Positions 29,069-38,952 of a stretch of DNA of 40,946 nucleotides are shown here, piece by piece. The translations under genes and the position numbers were made by a program. Within the stretch, counting starts at the first letter, position 1. Every line of letters starts with the position of its first letter. Below the pieces are notes generated by a model, which saw only the letters and a list, made by a program, of their open reading frames with translations, was not told where the DNA came from and made no database searches. This stretch comes from Bacteroidota bacterium (GTDB lineage: Bacteria; Bacteroidota; Bacteroidia; Bacteroidales; UBA12077), in assembly GCA_051747065.1 (NCBI GenBank), contig JBNJFT010000001.1, forward strand, positions 15,376-56,321. The letters run 5' to 3'.

Positions 29069-30063
29069 TTTATGTCTAATGTATATATAATAGACTCTAA
29101 TTGTCTTAGATAATCCCGCTTAGAAACTTCCGGGCCATAAATAAATCCATCAACAGTGATTACTTCCTCTTTATCTTTATTCAAAACTGAAGCATTGATA
29201 AACGGGCCGCCCATAAAATCATTTTTCACTTTCCACAATCCCCTCATAAAAGCAACTTTATTGCCATTAATCGTTTTTTCACCGAGATACGGGATAATTT
29301 CTTCTTCAATAACCATATAAGAATCGACAGAAGGGCCCGGCACATATTTCTTTGTAAATTCGTTTCGGGTATCCATAATGTTGTTTATCTCAAATGCTTG
29401 ATCACTCTCGTATTTGTGTTTGTATATCAATATTCCCTGGGTGTAATCCCTTGCTTCATTCTCTATCCATACAAAATCAGTTGTATCTAAAGCCAGTGAA
29501 TATCCTTTGGGAATAACAAGTTCAACTCCGAATTTTTCTTTAACACGCTTCATTACTCCCTTGTTGCGCATGTTTTTGTATGTGTTTATATATCTATTCC
29601 GTTCCGCTTCTATATATTTTTCAGCAATTGTCTCGCCTTGTTGTAGAAATAATTTTCGTAGAGATTTAAAATTTGAAGCCTGGGCATTAATTATCATCTG
29701 TGGTTCTGCATTCACATTTTTTCGCACAGCAAATCGGGGTTTTGAATATTTCTCATCAATATCTATGAGCAAAATGTTTCTGTATCTCTGAAATACATCT
29801 TTATAGCCGTGTGGTGGGATATTAACCAGGTTAAATATCGGTTCAGCCTGAGGCAAAGCTCTTTGTGCCCGCTGCAACTCTTTTTTGATCGCCAAACCTG
29901 GTTTTTTATTAAACTGAGCAGTATCCATAACCACAAGTATCTCTCCCGGTTTTCCTGAAACTCCTGGCTGGGAGCCACTTCCTTGTTGATCAGGCTTACA
30001 GGCAAAAGAAATGATTATTATGCCTGCAATTAACAGTATGTTGAGAAAAAGTTGTCTTTTCAT
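29062..30063 (-). CDS. DUF4837-like lipoprotein
   Basis: Lipoprotein signal peptide with a lipobox (IISFAC). 333 aa. The family assignment is from memory of similar Bacteroidota proteins and is not verified. Confidence 0.6.
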   Translation of the reverse strand: MKRQLFLNILLIAGIIIISFACKPDQQGSGSQPGVSGKPGEILVVMDTAQFNKKPGLAIKKELQRAQRALPQAEPIFNLVNIPPHGYKDVFQRYRNILLIDIDEKYSKPRFAVRKNVNAEPQMIINAQASNFKSLRKLFLQQGETIAEKYIEAERNRYINTYKNMRNKGVMKRVKEKFGVELVIPKGYSLALDTTDFVWIENEARDYTQGILIYKHKYESDQAFEINNIMDTRNEFTKKYVPGPSVDSYMVIEEEIIPYLGEKTINGNKVAFMRGLWKVKNDFMGGPFINASVLNKDKEEVITVDGFIYGPEVSKRDYLRQLESIIYTLDIKE

Positions 30064-30167
30064 AGCTTTAATATTTAAGTAATAAGTTTAACATAAAAAT
30101 AAAAAAAATATTGTTAATATGTGATTCATTATCCGGTAATAACGGTAAAATACCGCAATTATAAGGA

Positions 30168-31523
30168 TTAATGATTTAGATAGATCTTTAGTTTTTTTCC
30201 TGGTTCTATGTCTGCTTCATCTTGTATTTCATTTGCTTCAAGTAATTCGCTAATGGAATCGCAATTGAATTTATCTGCAATGCTCCAGATGGTATCACCT
30301 TTTTTGATGGTATAGTATACTACCCGCCTGTTGGTATCGCCGGGATTTTCCTTTTTTACTTCAGTTTGTTCCTCTTCGATTTTTTTCAGGAATACGGGGT
30401 CAACCCAAATATCCAATTTTTGCCCTACCTGTAAGTCATTATTTTCCAAATCATTCCACTCTCGTAAATCTTCAATGCTACAATTGTACTTCATGGCAAT
30501 TTTATGAAAATATTCTCCTTTTTCCACTCTGTGAACCAGTTTTGTTTTTTGTTTCTCAGGTTCATCATCACTGGTGAATTCTCCCTTTGCCCCATTAAAT
30601 ATTTCTTCCTCATTTTCCAAAAACTGAACAACTTTATCTTCAGGTAAAATGAGATGTGAAGGCTGATTAAGTTTAGGAATAACATTCCGCCGGTACATGG
30701 GGTTTAGGTCTTTTAAAACAGAAACCTCCATGTTTAATATTTCAGCAATTTTTTGGAAAGATGTTTCTGCGGAAATATTTACTGTATCTGTTTCGTGATG
30801 AGTATGTTTTAATTCTTTAGGTTCTATATTGTGTTCTTTCATGTAATTCATCGCATAATTTACTGCAATAAAAGCAGGAACATAGCTTTTAGTCTGCCCC
30901 GGAAGATGCGGATAGAGTTTCCAGAAAGACCTCTCTCCGTCGGAGCGGGCAATTGCTTTTCTTACTACGCCCGGCCCTCCGTTATATGAAGCTAATGCCA
31001 ATTGCCAGTTTTCGTATGTATCGTATAAGTATTTTAAATATTTGCAAGCTGCTATGGTTGATTTATAAGGGTCTCGCCTTTCATCAATATAAGAATTTAC
31101 TTCCAGATCAAACATCCGGCTTGTATTTAGCTTAAACTGCCAAAGACCGACTGCACCGGAGCTGGAAACAGCAAAAGGGTCTAATGCCGACTCTATAATC
31201 GCAAGGTATTTCAATTCATGAGGCAAGCCATATTCATCTAGTTTTTCTTCAATCATTGGGAAATAACGCTTTGCCTTTCCTACAATTTTGGCAAAATGCT
31301 CTCTTTTTTCAACTGTATATACATCAATATATCTCCTGACGTGTTTGTTGTACTCTAATTCTATGGGAGTTAAGTTGTTAAGCTCTGTGATTCTGTATTC
31401 ATATACTAAATCAGGAAAAATGGGTATAGAATCAGAATCTGCCGCAGTTGCGGATGAAAAAAAACATAATGTGGATGCAAAGAAAAAAACTGACAGTAAC
31501 CGCTGTGGGATTCTGCTTTTCAT
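30168..31523 (-). CDS. Lytic murein transglycosylase (MltD-like) with two C-terminal LysM domains
   Basis: Signal peptide. SLT catalytic region LAIIESALDPFAVSSSGAVGLWQF. Two LysM repeats (HRVEKGEYFHKIAMKY..., YTIKKGDTIWSIADKF...). Confidence 0.88.
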   Translation of the reverse strand: MKSRIPQRLLSVFFFASTLCFFSSATAADSDSIPIFPDLVYEYRITELNNLTPIELEYNKHVRRYIDVYTVEKREHFAKIVGKAKRYFPMIEEKLDEYGLPHELKYLAIIESALDPFAVSSSGAVGLWQFKLNTSRMFDLEVNSYIDERRDPYKSTIAACKYLKYLYDTYENWQLALASYNGGPGVVRKAIARSDGERSFWKLYPHLPGQTKSYVPAFIAVNYAMNYMKEHNIEPKELKHTHHETDTVNISAETSFQKIAEILNMEVSVLKDLNPMYRRNVIPKLNQPSHLILPEDKVVQFLENEEEIFNGAKGEFTSDDEPEKQKTKLVHRVEKGEYFHKIAMKYNCSIEDLREWNDLENNDLQVGQKLDIWVDPVFLKKIEEEQTEVKKENPGDTNRRVVYYTIKKGDTIWSIADKFNCDSISELLEANEIQDEADIEPGKKLKIYLNH

Positions 31524-31560
31524 TTGGATAATTTTAAAATTGTTGAAAAATCATAAAAGA

Positions 31561-31568
31561 CAAATTTA
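31561..31568 (-). promoter_or_regulatory. Candidate -7 box (TAAATTTG on - strand)
   Basis: The reverse complement matches TAnnTTTG, 37 nt upstream of the ATG at 31523. Confidence 0.35.
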
Positions 31569-31674
31569 ATAAGAAAATACATCTAAAAAAGGATAAATGC
31601 ATCGGAGTGATAAAGAAAAAGCGATTTTTCAGGTAAATTGTGAAAAAAAGCCTGAATTTTGCTTTGATTGTTTT

Positions 31675-32241
31675 TTATGAGTATAAAGTGAAAAACAGAA
31701 ATATTATAGGAATGAGAATCCCCGCCGTTGTCAGCCAGGCACCTCTTCCTTTAATGCCCTTTTTGCCGCGTAAGATAAAAAGCCCCGAAATTGCAATTAA
31801 GATTAAACCACCCGAAAAGATATCCGAAAACCATGTCCACCATCTGTTAGGATTGTAATGCAGATAGTTTACTTCATAAAAAACGGGACGCCTTTTTGAT
31901 AGTTCAACCTTTCCCTCCCCGGTTTCCAGATCGAGCGTAATATTTCCATCTTCTAAAAAAATTTTTAAAAGTTTTTGTTCCGGGAAATAATAATTTTTGA
32001 AATTCTCCTCAGCGTCAAAACGTGCTGTGATTTTTTTGGCGTAACCTTTATCTACTTCCTCCTTTGATTCAGGCACATCCTGAACAGTAAATTTTTCGCT
32101 GGTAATGCTATATTCAGAATTCCAGTTATCAATTACCTTGTGATTTAAAGCAATACCCGAAAGGCAATAAATAATAGTCATTCCAAAAAAGAAATAACCC
32201 AAATCCCTGTGGATTATGCGATTAATTTTTCTCCACTTCAT
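31675..32241 (-). CDS. PepSY-associated TM helix domain protein
   Basis: N-terminal motif KINRIIHRDLGYFFFG typical of PepSY_TM proteins, TM helices at both ends, 188 aa. Confidence 0.7.
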   Translation of the reverse strand: MKWRKINRIIHRDLGYFFFGMTIIYCLSGIALNHKVIDNWNSEYSITSEKFTVQDVPESKEEVDKGYAKKITARFDAEENFKNYYFPEQKLLKIFLEDGNITLDLETGEGKVELSKRRPVFYEVNYLHYNPNRWWTWFSDIFSGGLILIAISGLFILRGKKGIKGRGAWLTTAGILIPIIFLFFTLYS

Positions 32242-32339
32242 AAGAACGAAGTTTTAAATTCTTACCAGAAGGCACATAAAGTATAGATGAAAATCCTTAT
32301 GCGCCTTCAATAATCAATTAAAAATCAGGTTAAATTTTC

Positions 32340-32903
32340 TTATTCATCCTTTATTTCAACCTCATCTGCTATCAGCCAATATTCAGAAATATAACCTTTT
32401 TCACTATCCTCTATTTTTTCTTCAAGTTCACTTATATATTCTTCTGAGACTCCCTGATGATCCTTATGTTCTTCCTTTTCTTCATCTTCATGTTCATGTT
32501 CATGATGCTCTTCCGAATCACCTTTTTTCAACTCATCAATATAGTCCTGATCAATACGATCTTCAGTAAATTTGCCTGTTACCTGTACTGTATTTCCTTC
32601 AATTTCCTGTTCGAATGGCGGCATGCCTTCACCGGCTTTTACCCGGAGTTTCTGATCGGAATCAGTTTCTGAAACATGCAGTTTTTTACCTCCGTGCTTA
32701 CAAACATGAATAACCATCCCGTCTATTGTAATTTTTTTGTCTACATAATTTTCGGGCTGGTCAATAACTTCTGATACCTGCAAAATTTCAGTTTTTTCTT
32801 TACTTTCTTTCCCTTCTGATGCTTCTTTTTCATTTTGTTTTTTGTTTGTACAGCTAAATGCCACTAAAGTCATAATGGCTAGTGCAATGATTCTTAAATT
32901 CAT
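32340..32903 (-). CDS. Hypothetical lipoprotein with an acidic His-rich C-terminal region
   Basis: The ATG at 32903 gives MNLRIIALAIMTLVAFSC (lipobox); the ORF track start at 32951 is a TTG extension. A His/Glu tract EEHHEHEHEDEEKEEHKDH is encoded at 32457-32513. Confidence 0.7.
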   Translation of the reverse strand: MNLRIIALAIMTLVAFSCTNKKQNEKEASEGKESKEKTEILQVSEVIDQPENYVDKKITIDGMVIHVCKHGGKKLHVSETDSDQKLRVKAGEGMPPFEQEIEGNTVQVTGKFTEDRIDQDYIDELKKGDSEEHHEHEHEDEEKEEHKDHQGVSEEYISELEEKIEDSEKGYISEYWLIADEVEIKDE

Positions 32904-33138
32904 ACGCTCAAATTTTATGGTTAAAAATAGTTTGACCCTGCAAATATGCAATTAATTTTAATATATTTAAAAAGAAGAATTAAAAAGCCCGTGAAATAGC
33001 CCTCAAGATTAGCTGCGCTTTTAATAGAAATATATTCCTGCCAGAACTGTTTTTATTCGAATGAATCAAAAATTTTGGGGTTGGCGATTTTTTTATTATT
33101 CACATCTTCAATTCGTATTAGAATTGGATTTATTTTGA

Positions 33139-33146
33139 TAAATTTG
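33139..33146 (+). promoter_or_regulatory. Candidate -7 box (TAAATTTG) upstream of purH
   Basis: Exact TAnnTTTG match 17 nt upstream of the purH ATG. Confidence 0.35.
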
Positions 33147-33163
33147 TTGCACAAAATAATTGT

Positions 33164-34693
33164 ATGGAAATGAGTAACCTGAAAAAAATACAATCCGCTT
33201 TAATATCAGTCTACAATAAAAATAACCTTGAACCGGTTATTAAGAAACTTGAGCAATTAGGAGTAACAATATATTCTACAGGAGGTACCCGGAAATTCAT
33301 TGAAAATTTAGGAGTCAAAGCTATACCAATCGAAGAAATAACGGACTACCCTTCTATATTATCCGGCCGGGTAAAAACTTTACACCCTAAGATTTTTGGT
33401 GGAATTCTTTTTCGAAGAGATAATGAAGAAGACAGGAAAGAACAGGAAACTTATGAAATACCCGAGATTGATCTGGTGGTAGTAGATTTATATCCTTTTG
33501 AAGAAACATTAAAAAACACGCAGGAAGAAGATGAAATCATCGAGAAAATCGACATTGGTGGTATTTCATTAATTCGCGCAGCAGCAAAGAATTACAAAAA
33601 CACTCTTGTCATACCATCAAAAGACCAGTATGATACATTAATGGACATTCTTAATAACAACGGGGAAACCACTATCTTGAAACGTAAAGAAATGGCTTTA
33701 GAAGCCTTTGACGTTTCTTCCCACTATGATACTGTAATTTTCAACTATTTTAACAGGGATTTCAGTAAACCTTTCTTTAAGCAAAGCGAGCATAAAAAAA
33801 CAGAATTGCGATATGGAGAAAATCCACATCAGATGGGGATTTACTATGGAGATTTTGATGAATTGTTTGATCAGTTGCACGGAAAACAAATTTCATATAA
33901 CAATTTGATCGATATTGACGCAGCAGTTCATCTTATTGCTGATTTTGACCCAAAAACTTTTGCGATTCTAAAGCATAACAATGCATGTGGAATTGCAACA
34001 CGCCAAGACCTACTGGAAGCATGGAAAGATGCACTTGCCGGAGATCCGGTTTCAGCTTTTGGAGGGATACTCATTACAAATAGCAAAGTAGACAGCGAAA
34101 CAGCAGAAGAAATTAATAAGTTATTTTTTGAAGTTATAATAGCTCCTGCTTATGATGATGAAGCTTTAGGGGTGTTAAAGCAGAAGAAAAATCGCATTAT
34201 TCTGGTTCAGAAGAGTGCTTGTTTTCCAAAACAACAGTATCGGTCTCTGCTAAATGGCGTAATTGTCCAGGATAAAGATATACGAACCGAATATAAAAGT
34301 GATTTGGATACTGTTACGGAAAAAACTCCATCAGAAAAAGAGATTGAAGATTTATTATTTGCAAATAAAATTGTGAAGCACACGAAGTCTAATGCTATTG
34401 TTTTGGCCAAAGATAAACAATTATGTGCCAGCGGCGTTGGACAAACATCAAGAGTAGATGCACTGAAACAGGCAATTGAAAAAGCGAAAAATTTTGGTTT
34501 TGACCTTAATGGTGCGGTTATGGCTTCCGATGCCTTTTTTCCATTTAAAGACTCAGTGGAAATTGCTCAAAAAGCAGGTATTGTTTCAGTCATTCAGCCA
34601 GGAGGCTCCAAACGTGATCAGGAATCCATCGATTATTGTAACAAAACCGGATTATCAATGGTCTTCACTGGTGTAAGACATTTTAAACATTAA
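33164..34693 (+). CDS. purH: Bifunctional AICAR transformylase / IMP cyclohydrolase
   Basis: 509 aa with an MGS-like N-domain (ALISVYNK, STGGT, GRVKTLHPKI) and an AICARFT C-domain (QPGGSKRD). Confidence 0.95.
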   Translation: MEMSNLKKIQSALISVYNKNNLEPVIKKLEQLGVTIYSTGGTRKFIENLGVKAIPIEEITDYPSILSGRVKTLHPKIFGGILFRRDNEEDRKEQETYEIPEIDLVVVDLYPFEETLKNTQEEDEIIEKIDIGGISLIRAAAKNYKNTLVIPSKDQYDTLMDILNNNGETTILKRKEMALEAFDVSSHYDTVIFNYFNRDFSKPFFKQSEHKKTELRYGENPHQMGIYYGDFDELFDQLHGKQISYNNLIDIDAAVHLIADFDPKTFAILKHNNACGIATRQDLLEAWKDALAGDPVSAFGGILITNSKVDSETAEEINKLFFEVIIAPAYDDEALGVLKQKKNRIILVQKSACFPKQQYRSLLNGVIVQDKDIRTEYKSDLDTVTEKTPSEKEIEDLLFANKIVKHTKSNAIVLAKDKQLCASGVGQTSRVDALKQAIEKAKNFGFDLNGAVMASDAFFPFKDSVEIAQKAGIVSVIQPGGSKRDQESIDYCNKTGLSMVFTGVRHFKH

Positions 34694-34727
34694 CAGGAAA
34701 TTAGAAATTTAAAATACACATAAAAAA

Positions 34728-35750
34728 ATGGGAATCTTTTCATTATTTACGCAGGAATATGCTATCGATCTTGGCACAGCCAATACTATCATAATATATA
34801 ATGACAAAGTAGTAGTTGATGAACCTTCAATTGTTGCTATCGAACAAAATACAGGTAAACTTGTCGCAATCGGCGAGAAAGCTCGTCAGATGCATGGCAA
34901 AACACACATGAATATAAAAACTGTCCGCCCGCTTAAAGACGGAGTGATTGCTGATTTCAATGCTGCTGAGCAGATGATACGGGGAATGATAAAGATGGTA
35001 AATCGAAAGACCCAGTTTTTTGCACCCACTTTGAGAATGGTTGTGTGTATCCCCTCAGGAAGCACCGAAGTTGAAATACGAGCTGTCCGTGATAGTTCTG
35101 AACATGCAGGAGGAAGAGATGTTTACCTGATTTATGAACCTATGGCAGCAGCAATAGGAATGGGCATTGATGTAGAAGAGCCTTCAGGAAGTATGGTTGT
35201 GGATATAGGGGGAGGAACTACAGAGGTTGCTGTTATTGCTCTCGGTGGTATTGTTTGCAATAAATCCATACGTATTGCAGGAGACAGCTTCACTGCTGAT
35301 ATACAATCCTATATGCGGCATCAACATAATATAAAAATTGGAGAGAGAACAGCAGAAGGGATCAAGATAAATGTCGGTTCAGCTTTATCTGATCTGGAAA
35401 ATCCTCCAGAGGATTTTCTTGTGCGAGGCCCCAATCTTATGACAGCGATGCCTGTTGAAATTCCAATTTCTTATCAGGAAATAGCACATTGCCTTGATAA
35501 ATCCATTAATAAGGTTGAAACGGCTGTTTTAAGTGTTTTAGAGCAAACGCCGCCTGAACTTTACAGTGATATCGTAAACGAGGGCATATACCTGACAGGT
35601 GGAGGTGCATTAATGAGGGGTTTAGACAAACGCTTGTCAGATAAAATCGGAATTAAATTTCATGTTGCTGATGATCCACTCCATGCTGTTGCAAGAGGCA
35701 CAGGAATTGCCTTAAAAAATGTAGAAAACTTTTCATTCTTAATGAGGTAA
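34728..35750 (+). CDS. mreB: Rod shape-determining protein MreB
   Basis: Actin-like ATPase motifs DLGTANT and VDIGGGTTEVAV. 340 aa. Confidence 0.96.
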   Translation: MGIFSLFTQEYAIDLGTANTIIIYNDKVVVDEPSIVAIEQNTGKLVAIGEKARQMHGKTHMNIKTVRPLKDGVIADFNAAEQMIRGMIKMVNRKTQFFAPTLRMVVCIPSGSTEVEIRAVRDSSEHAGGRDVYLIYEPMAAAIGMGIDVEEPSGSMVVDIGGGTTEVAVIALGGIVCNKSIRIAGDSFTADIQSYMRHQHNIKIGERTAEGIKINVGSALSDLENPPEDFLVRGPNLMTAMPVEIPISYQEIAHCLDKSINKVETAVLSVLEQTPPELYSDIVNEGIYLTGGGALMRGLDKRLSDKIGIKFHVADDPLHAVARGTGIALKNVENFSFLMR

Positions 35751-35768
35751 TAAGTCTTATAAATATTT

Positions 35769-36599
35769 ATGCAAAATTTAATACGTTTTTTGATAAAGAA
35801 CCATTTTTTCATCTTTTTTATCTTTATTGAAGCGTTTGCAATTTTTTTACTCATCAACAATAACAATTATCAACAAACAAAATTTGTGGATTTCACAAGA
35901 TCGGTTTCCGGCTCTTTTTATCAGGAAGTTGAAAAATTAAATGAGTACTTAACACTGAAAGAGAAAAATATAAGGCTTAAAGAAGAGAATGCGAAACTCC
36001 GAAATTATATCCAAAAAAATTTAGAGGTTGATATTGATTCTTTTAAAACAAAAATTGATAGCAATTACAATCAGCAATACGAGAGCATTTCAGCTAAAAT
36101 TATAAATAATTCCGTTAATAAGCAACACAACTACATTACCTTGAATCGCGGAGAGTTGGATGAAGTAAAGCCGGGAATGGGAGTCATAACCAGTGATGGC
36201 ATTATAGGAGTAATCCGGGGAGTATCTGATCATTTTTCGACAGCTATCTCCCTGTTAAACAAAGAGATAAAAATCAGCTCCAAAATGAAAGAAAGTGAGT
36301 TTTTCGGACCTTTGGGCTGGAATGGCCAGGATTACAAATTTGCTTATTTGAGGGAGATTCCGCTTCACGCAGATGTAGCCAAGAATGATACTATTGTCAC
36401 GAGTGGTTATTCAAGTATTTTCCCTGAGGGCATTCCTATTGGATATGTTGAAGCCTTTGAAGAAAAGGGAGGGCGGTTTTATGAGATCAAAGTGCGATTG
36501 TCTGTGGATTTTAAACAAATTTCTGAAGTGTATATAATTCGTAATTTGAGAAAACAGGAACAAAAAGAACTGGAAAATCAAGTGAAATACGATGATTAA
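35769..36599 (+). CDS. mreC: Rod shape-determining protein MreC
   Basis: N-terminal TM helix, a coiled-coil, then a beta-rich domain (GMGVITSDGIIGVI). Positioned between mreB and mreD. Confidence 0.88.
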   Translation: MQNLIRFLIKNHFFIFFIFIEAFAIFLLINNNNYQQTKFVDFTRSVSGSFYQEVEKLNEYLTLKEKNIRLKEENAKLRNYIQKNLEVDIDSFKTKIDSNYNQQYESISAKIINNSVNKQHNYITLNRGELDEVKPGMGVITSDGIIGVIRGVSDHFSTAISLLNKEIKISSKMKESEFFGPLGWNGQDYKFAYLREIPLHADVAKNDTIVTSGYSSIFPEGIPIGYVEAFEEKGGRFYEIKVRLSVDFKQISEVYIIRNLRKQEQKELENQVKYDD

Positions 36600-37095
36600 T
36601 CTTTTACCCCGATATATTCTTAGCTTTTTAATTCTGGTCTTACTCCAGGTATTAATTCTCAATAATATCCAATTGAGCGGTTATATTAATCCTTATATTT
36701 ATATTCTGTTTATTTTAACACTCCCTTTTAACACACCCAAATGGGCACTTTTGGTGTTAGGTTTTTTATTAGGGCTCAGCATTGATCTGTTTACACACAC
36801 AGTAGGAATGCATGCTTCTGCTACTGTTTTTCTTGCCTTTTTAAGACCTGGTTTGTTAAATAGTATGGAACCAAGAGGAGGCTATGAGCCTGATAGTAAT
36901 CCTTCTATTCAGGATTTTGGCTTAGGATGGTTCTTTAAATATGCTGCGCTGTCAGTTCTAGCTCACCATCTGTTTTTGTTTTATATAGAAGTATTTAAAC
37001 TGGAAGGTTTTTTCCAAACTTTATCTCGTGCATTACTAAGTGGTTTGTTTTCATTGATATTAATCTTATTTATCAAATTATTCATAAAAAAATAA
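36592..37095 (+). CDS. mreD: Rod shape-determining protein MreD
   Basis: 167-aa polytopic membrane protein with an 8-nt overlap on the mreC stop (ATGATTAA). Assigned from synteny. Confidence 0.8.
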   Translation: MINLLPRYILSFLILVLLQVLILNNIQLSGYINPYIYILFILTLPFNTPKWALLVLGFLLGLSIDLFTHTVGMHASATVFLAFLRPGLLNSMEPRGGYEPDSNPSIQDFGLGWFFKYAALSVLAHHLFLFYIEVFKLEGFFQTLSRALLSGLFSLILILFIKLFIKK

Positions 37096-37107
37096 GGGGA
37101 TTTATCG

Positions 37108-38952
37108 TTGGATATTTATGCAATTAGAAGAAATATAATTGGAGGAATTATTGTTCTTGTTGCTTTCGTTTTTTTAGCAAAGCTGTTTTCGATACAGGTG
37201 GTGGATAAATCTTATCAGCTTTCTGCCGATAATAATGTTTTACGTCGCATTACACAATATCCTGCACGTGGATTGGTTTATGACAGAGATAGTAATTTAG
37301 TCGTTTATAATCAGGCTGCTTACGATATTATGGTTACTCCTACCCAGGTTCAGAAATTTGATACCACTGAATTTTGTAATATTTTAGATATCTCAGAGGC
37401 CTATCTTAAGAACAGACTTGATTCCGCAAAGAATTATTCATATTATAAGCCATCACCTTTTTTAAAGTTAGTATCCTCAGAGACTTATGCTACCTTACAA
37501 GAAAAATTCTATAAATTTCCGGGATTTTTTGTCCAGCCGCGTACTGTAAGAAAATACGAGGATTCTGTAGCAGCGCATGCATTAGGTTATGTTGGTGAGG
37601 TAGATGACAATTTGGCGGATAAAAGTGACTACTACAGATCAGGAGATTATGTGGGTATAAGTGGAATTGAAAGGTCGTATGAAGAATATTTGCGGGGACA
37701 AAAAGGTGTGAAAATGTACTTAGTGGACGTACATAACAGGATAAAAGGGGCATATAGAGACGGAAAATTTGATCAAAAAGCAAAAAAAGGCAGCAATATC
37801 ACATCCACAATAAGCCTGGATTTGCAACGATATGGTGAAAAGTTAATGCAGAATAAAATAGGAAGTATTGTTGCTATTGAACCCAAAAGCGGAGAACTTT
37901 TATCATTGGTTTCATCACCAAATTATGATCCCGGGGAACTGGTTGGCAGAATGCGTAGTAATAACTACCAAAAACTGAACAATGATACTTTAGAACCATT
38001 ATTCAACAGAGCTCTTATGGCCAGCTATCCGCCCGGATCAACCTTTAAGGTAATGAACGCCATGATCGGATTGCAAGAAGGAGTGGTGAGACCGCAAACT
38101 AAATTTGGCTGCAATGGAGGTTTTTACTATGGAAGTTTCCATGTAGGATGTCACGATCACAGATCTCCCACTGACTTGATTGGATCTATCCAGGTATCTT
38201 GTAACGCCTACTATTGCAACACTTTTTTAGACATTCTTGATAACCCTGAATATGAATGGTCAGGAGAGGCATTAGATCAGTGGGAAAGATATGTTGAATC
38301 TTTTGGTTTTGGAAACAGACTTAACATTGATCTGCCTAATGAACTTCCAGGATTAATACCTAATTCAACTTATTATAATAATATTTATCCGGCCGGAAGA
38401 TGGAAAGCAATGAATGTGGTTTCATTAGCAATCGGACAAGGCGAAATAGGAACGACACCAATACAATTGGCAAATATGACTGCAGCGATTGCAAACCGGG
38501 GACATTTTTACACCCCGCATATTGTTAAGGAAATAGAAGGAGAAGCAACCATTGACGAACGGTTTAAAAAGAAACGGGAAACTTTGATTGATTCTTCCTA
38601 TATTGAAACGGTGATAGAGGGAATGGACCTGGCAGTTAACGGGCCTGCCGGCAGTGGAAGTACTGCAAGAACTGCTGCTTTAGACAGCATTAGGGTTTGC
38701 GGAAAAACAGGAACTGCAGAAAACCCACATGGTAAAGATCATTCAATCTTTATTGCTTTTGCACCAAAAGATGACCCCAAAATTGCAATCGCCGTATTTA
38801 TTGAAAACGGAGGTTATGGAGCTACATGGGCTGCACCAACGGCAAAGCTTATGATAGAAAAATATCTGAATAAAACTATCTCAGTCAAATGGTGGGAGAA
38901 ATATGTAACAGAAAAAAATCTAATTAAAAAACGACATGAGAAGGAAGATTAA
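37108..38952 (+). CDS. mrdA: Penicillin-binding protein 2 (elongasome transpeptidase)
   Basis: Motifs PPGSTFK (SxxK), SCNAYY (SxN) and KTGTA (KTG). The apparent start codon is TTG. Confidence 0.92.
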   Translation: MDIYAIRRNIIGGIIVLVAFVFLAKLFSIQVVDKSYQLSADNNVLRRITQYPARGLVYDRDSNLVVYNQAAYDIMVTPTQVQKFDTTEFCNILDISEAYLKNRLDSAKNYSYYKPSPFLKLVSSETYATLQEKFYKFPGFFVQPRTVRKYEDSVAAHALGYVGEVDDNLADKSDYYRSGDYVGISGIERSYEEYLRGQKGVKMYLVDVHNRIKGAYRDGKFDQKAKKGSNITSTISLDLQRYGEKLMQNKIGSIVAIEPKSGELLSLVSSPNYDPGELVGRMRSNNYQKLNNDTLEPLFNRALMASYPPGSTFKVMNAMIGLQEGVVRPQTKFGCNGGFYYGSFHVGCHDHRSPTDLIGSIQVSCNAYYCNTFLDILDNPEYEWSGEALDQWERYVESFGFGNRLNIDLPNELPGLIPNSTYYNNIYPAGRWKAMNVVSLAIGQGEIGTTPIQLANMTAAIANRGHFYTPHIVKEIEGEATIDERFKKKRETLIDSSYIETVIEGMDLAVNGPAGSGSTARTAALDSIRVCGKTGTAENPHGKDHSIFIAFAPKDDPKIAIAVFIENGGYGATWAAPTAKLMIEKYLNKTISVKWWEKYVTEKNLIKKRHEKED

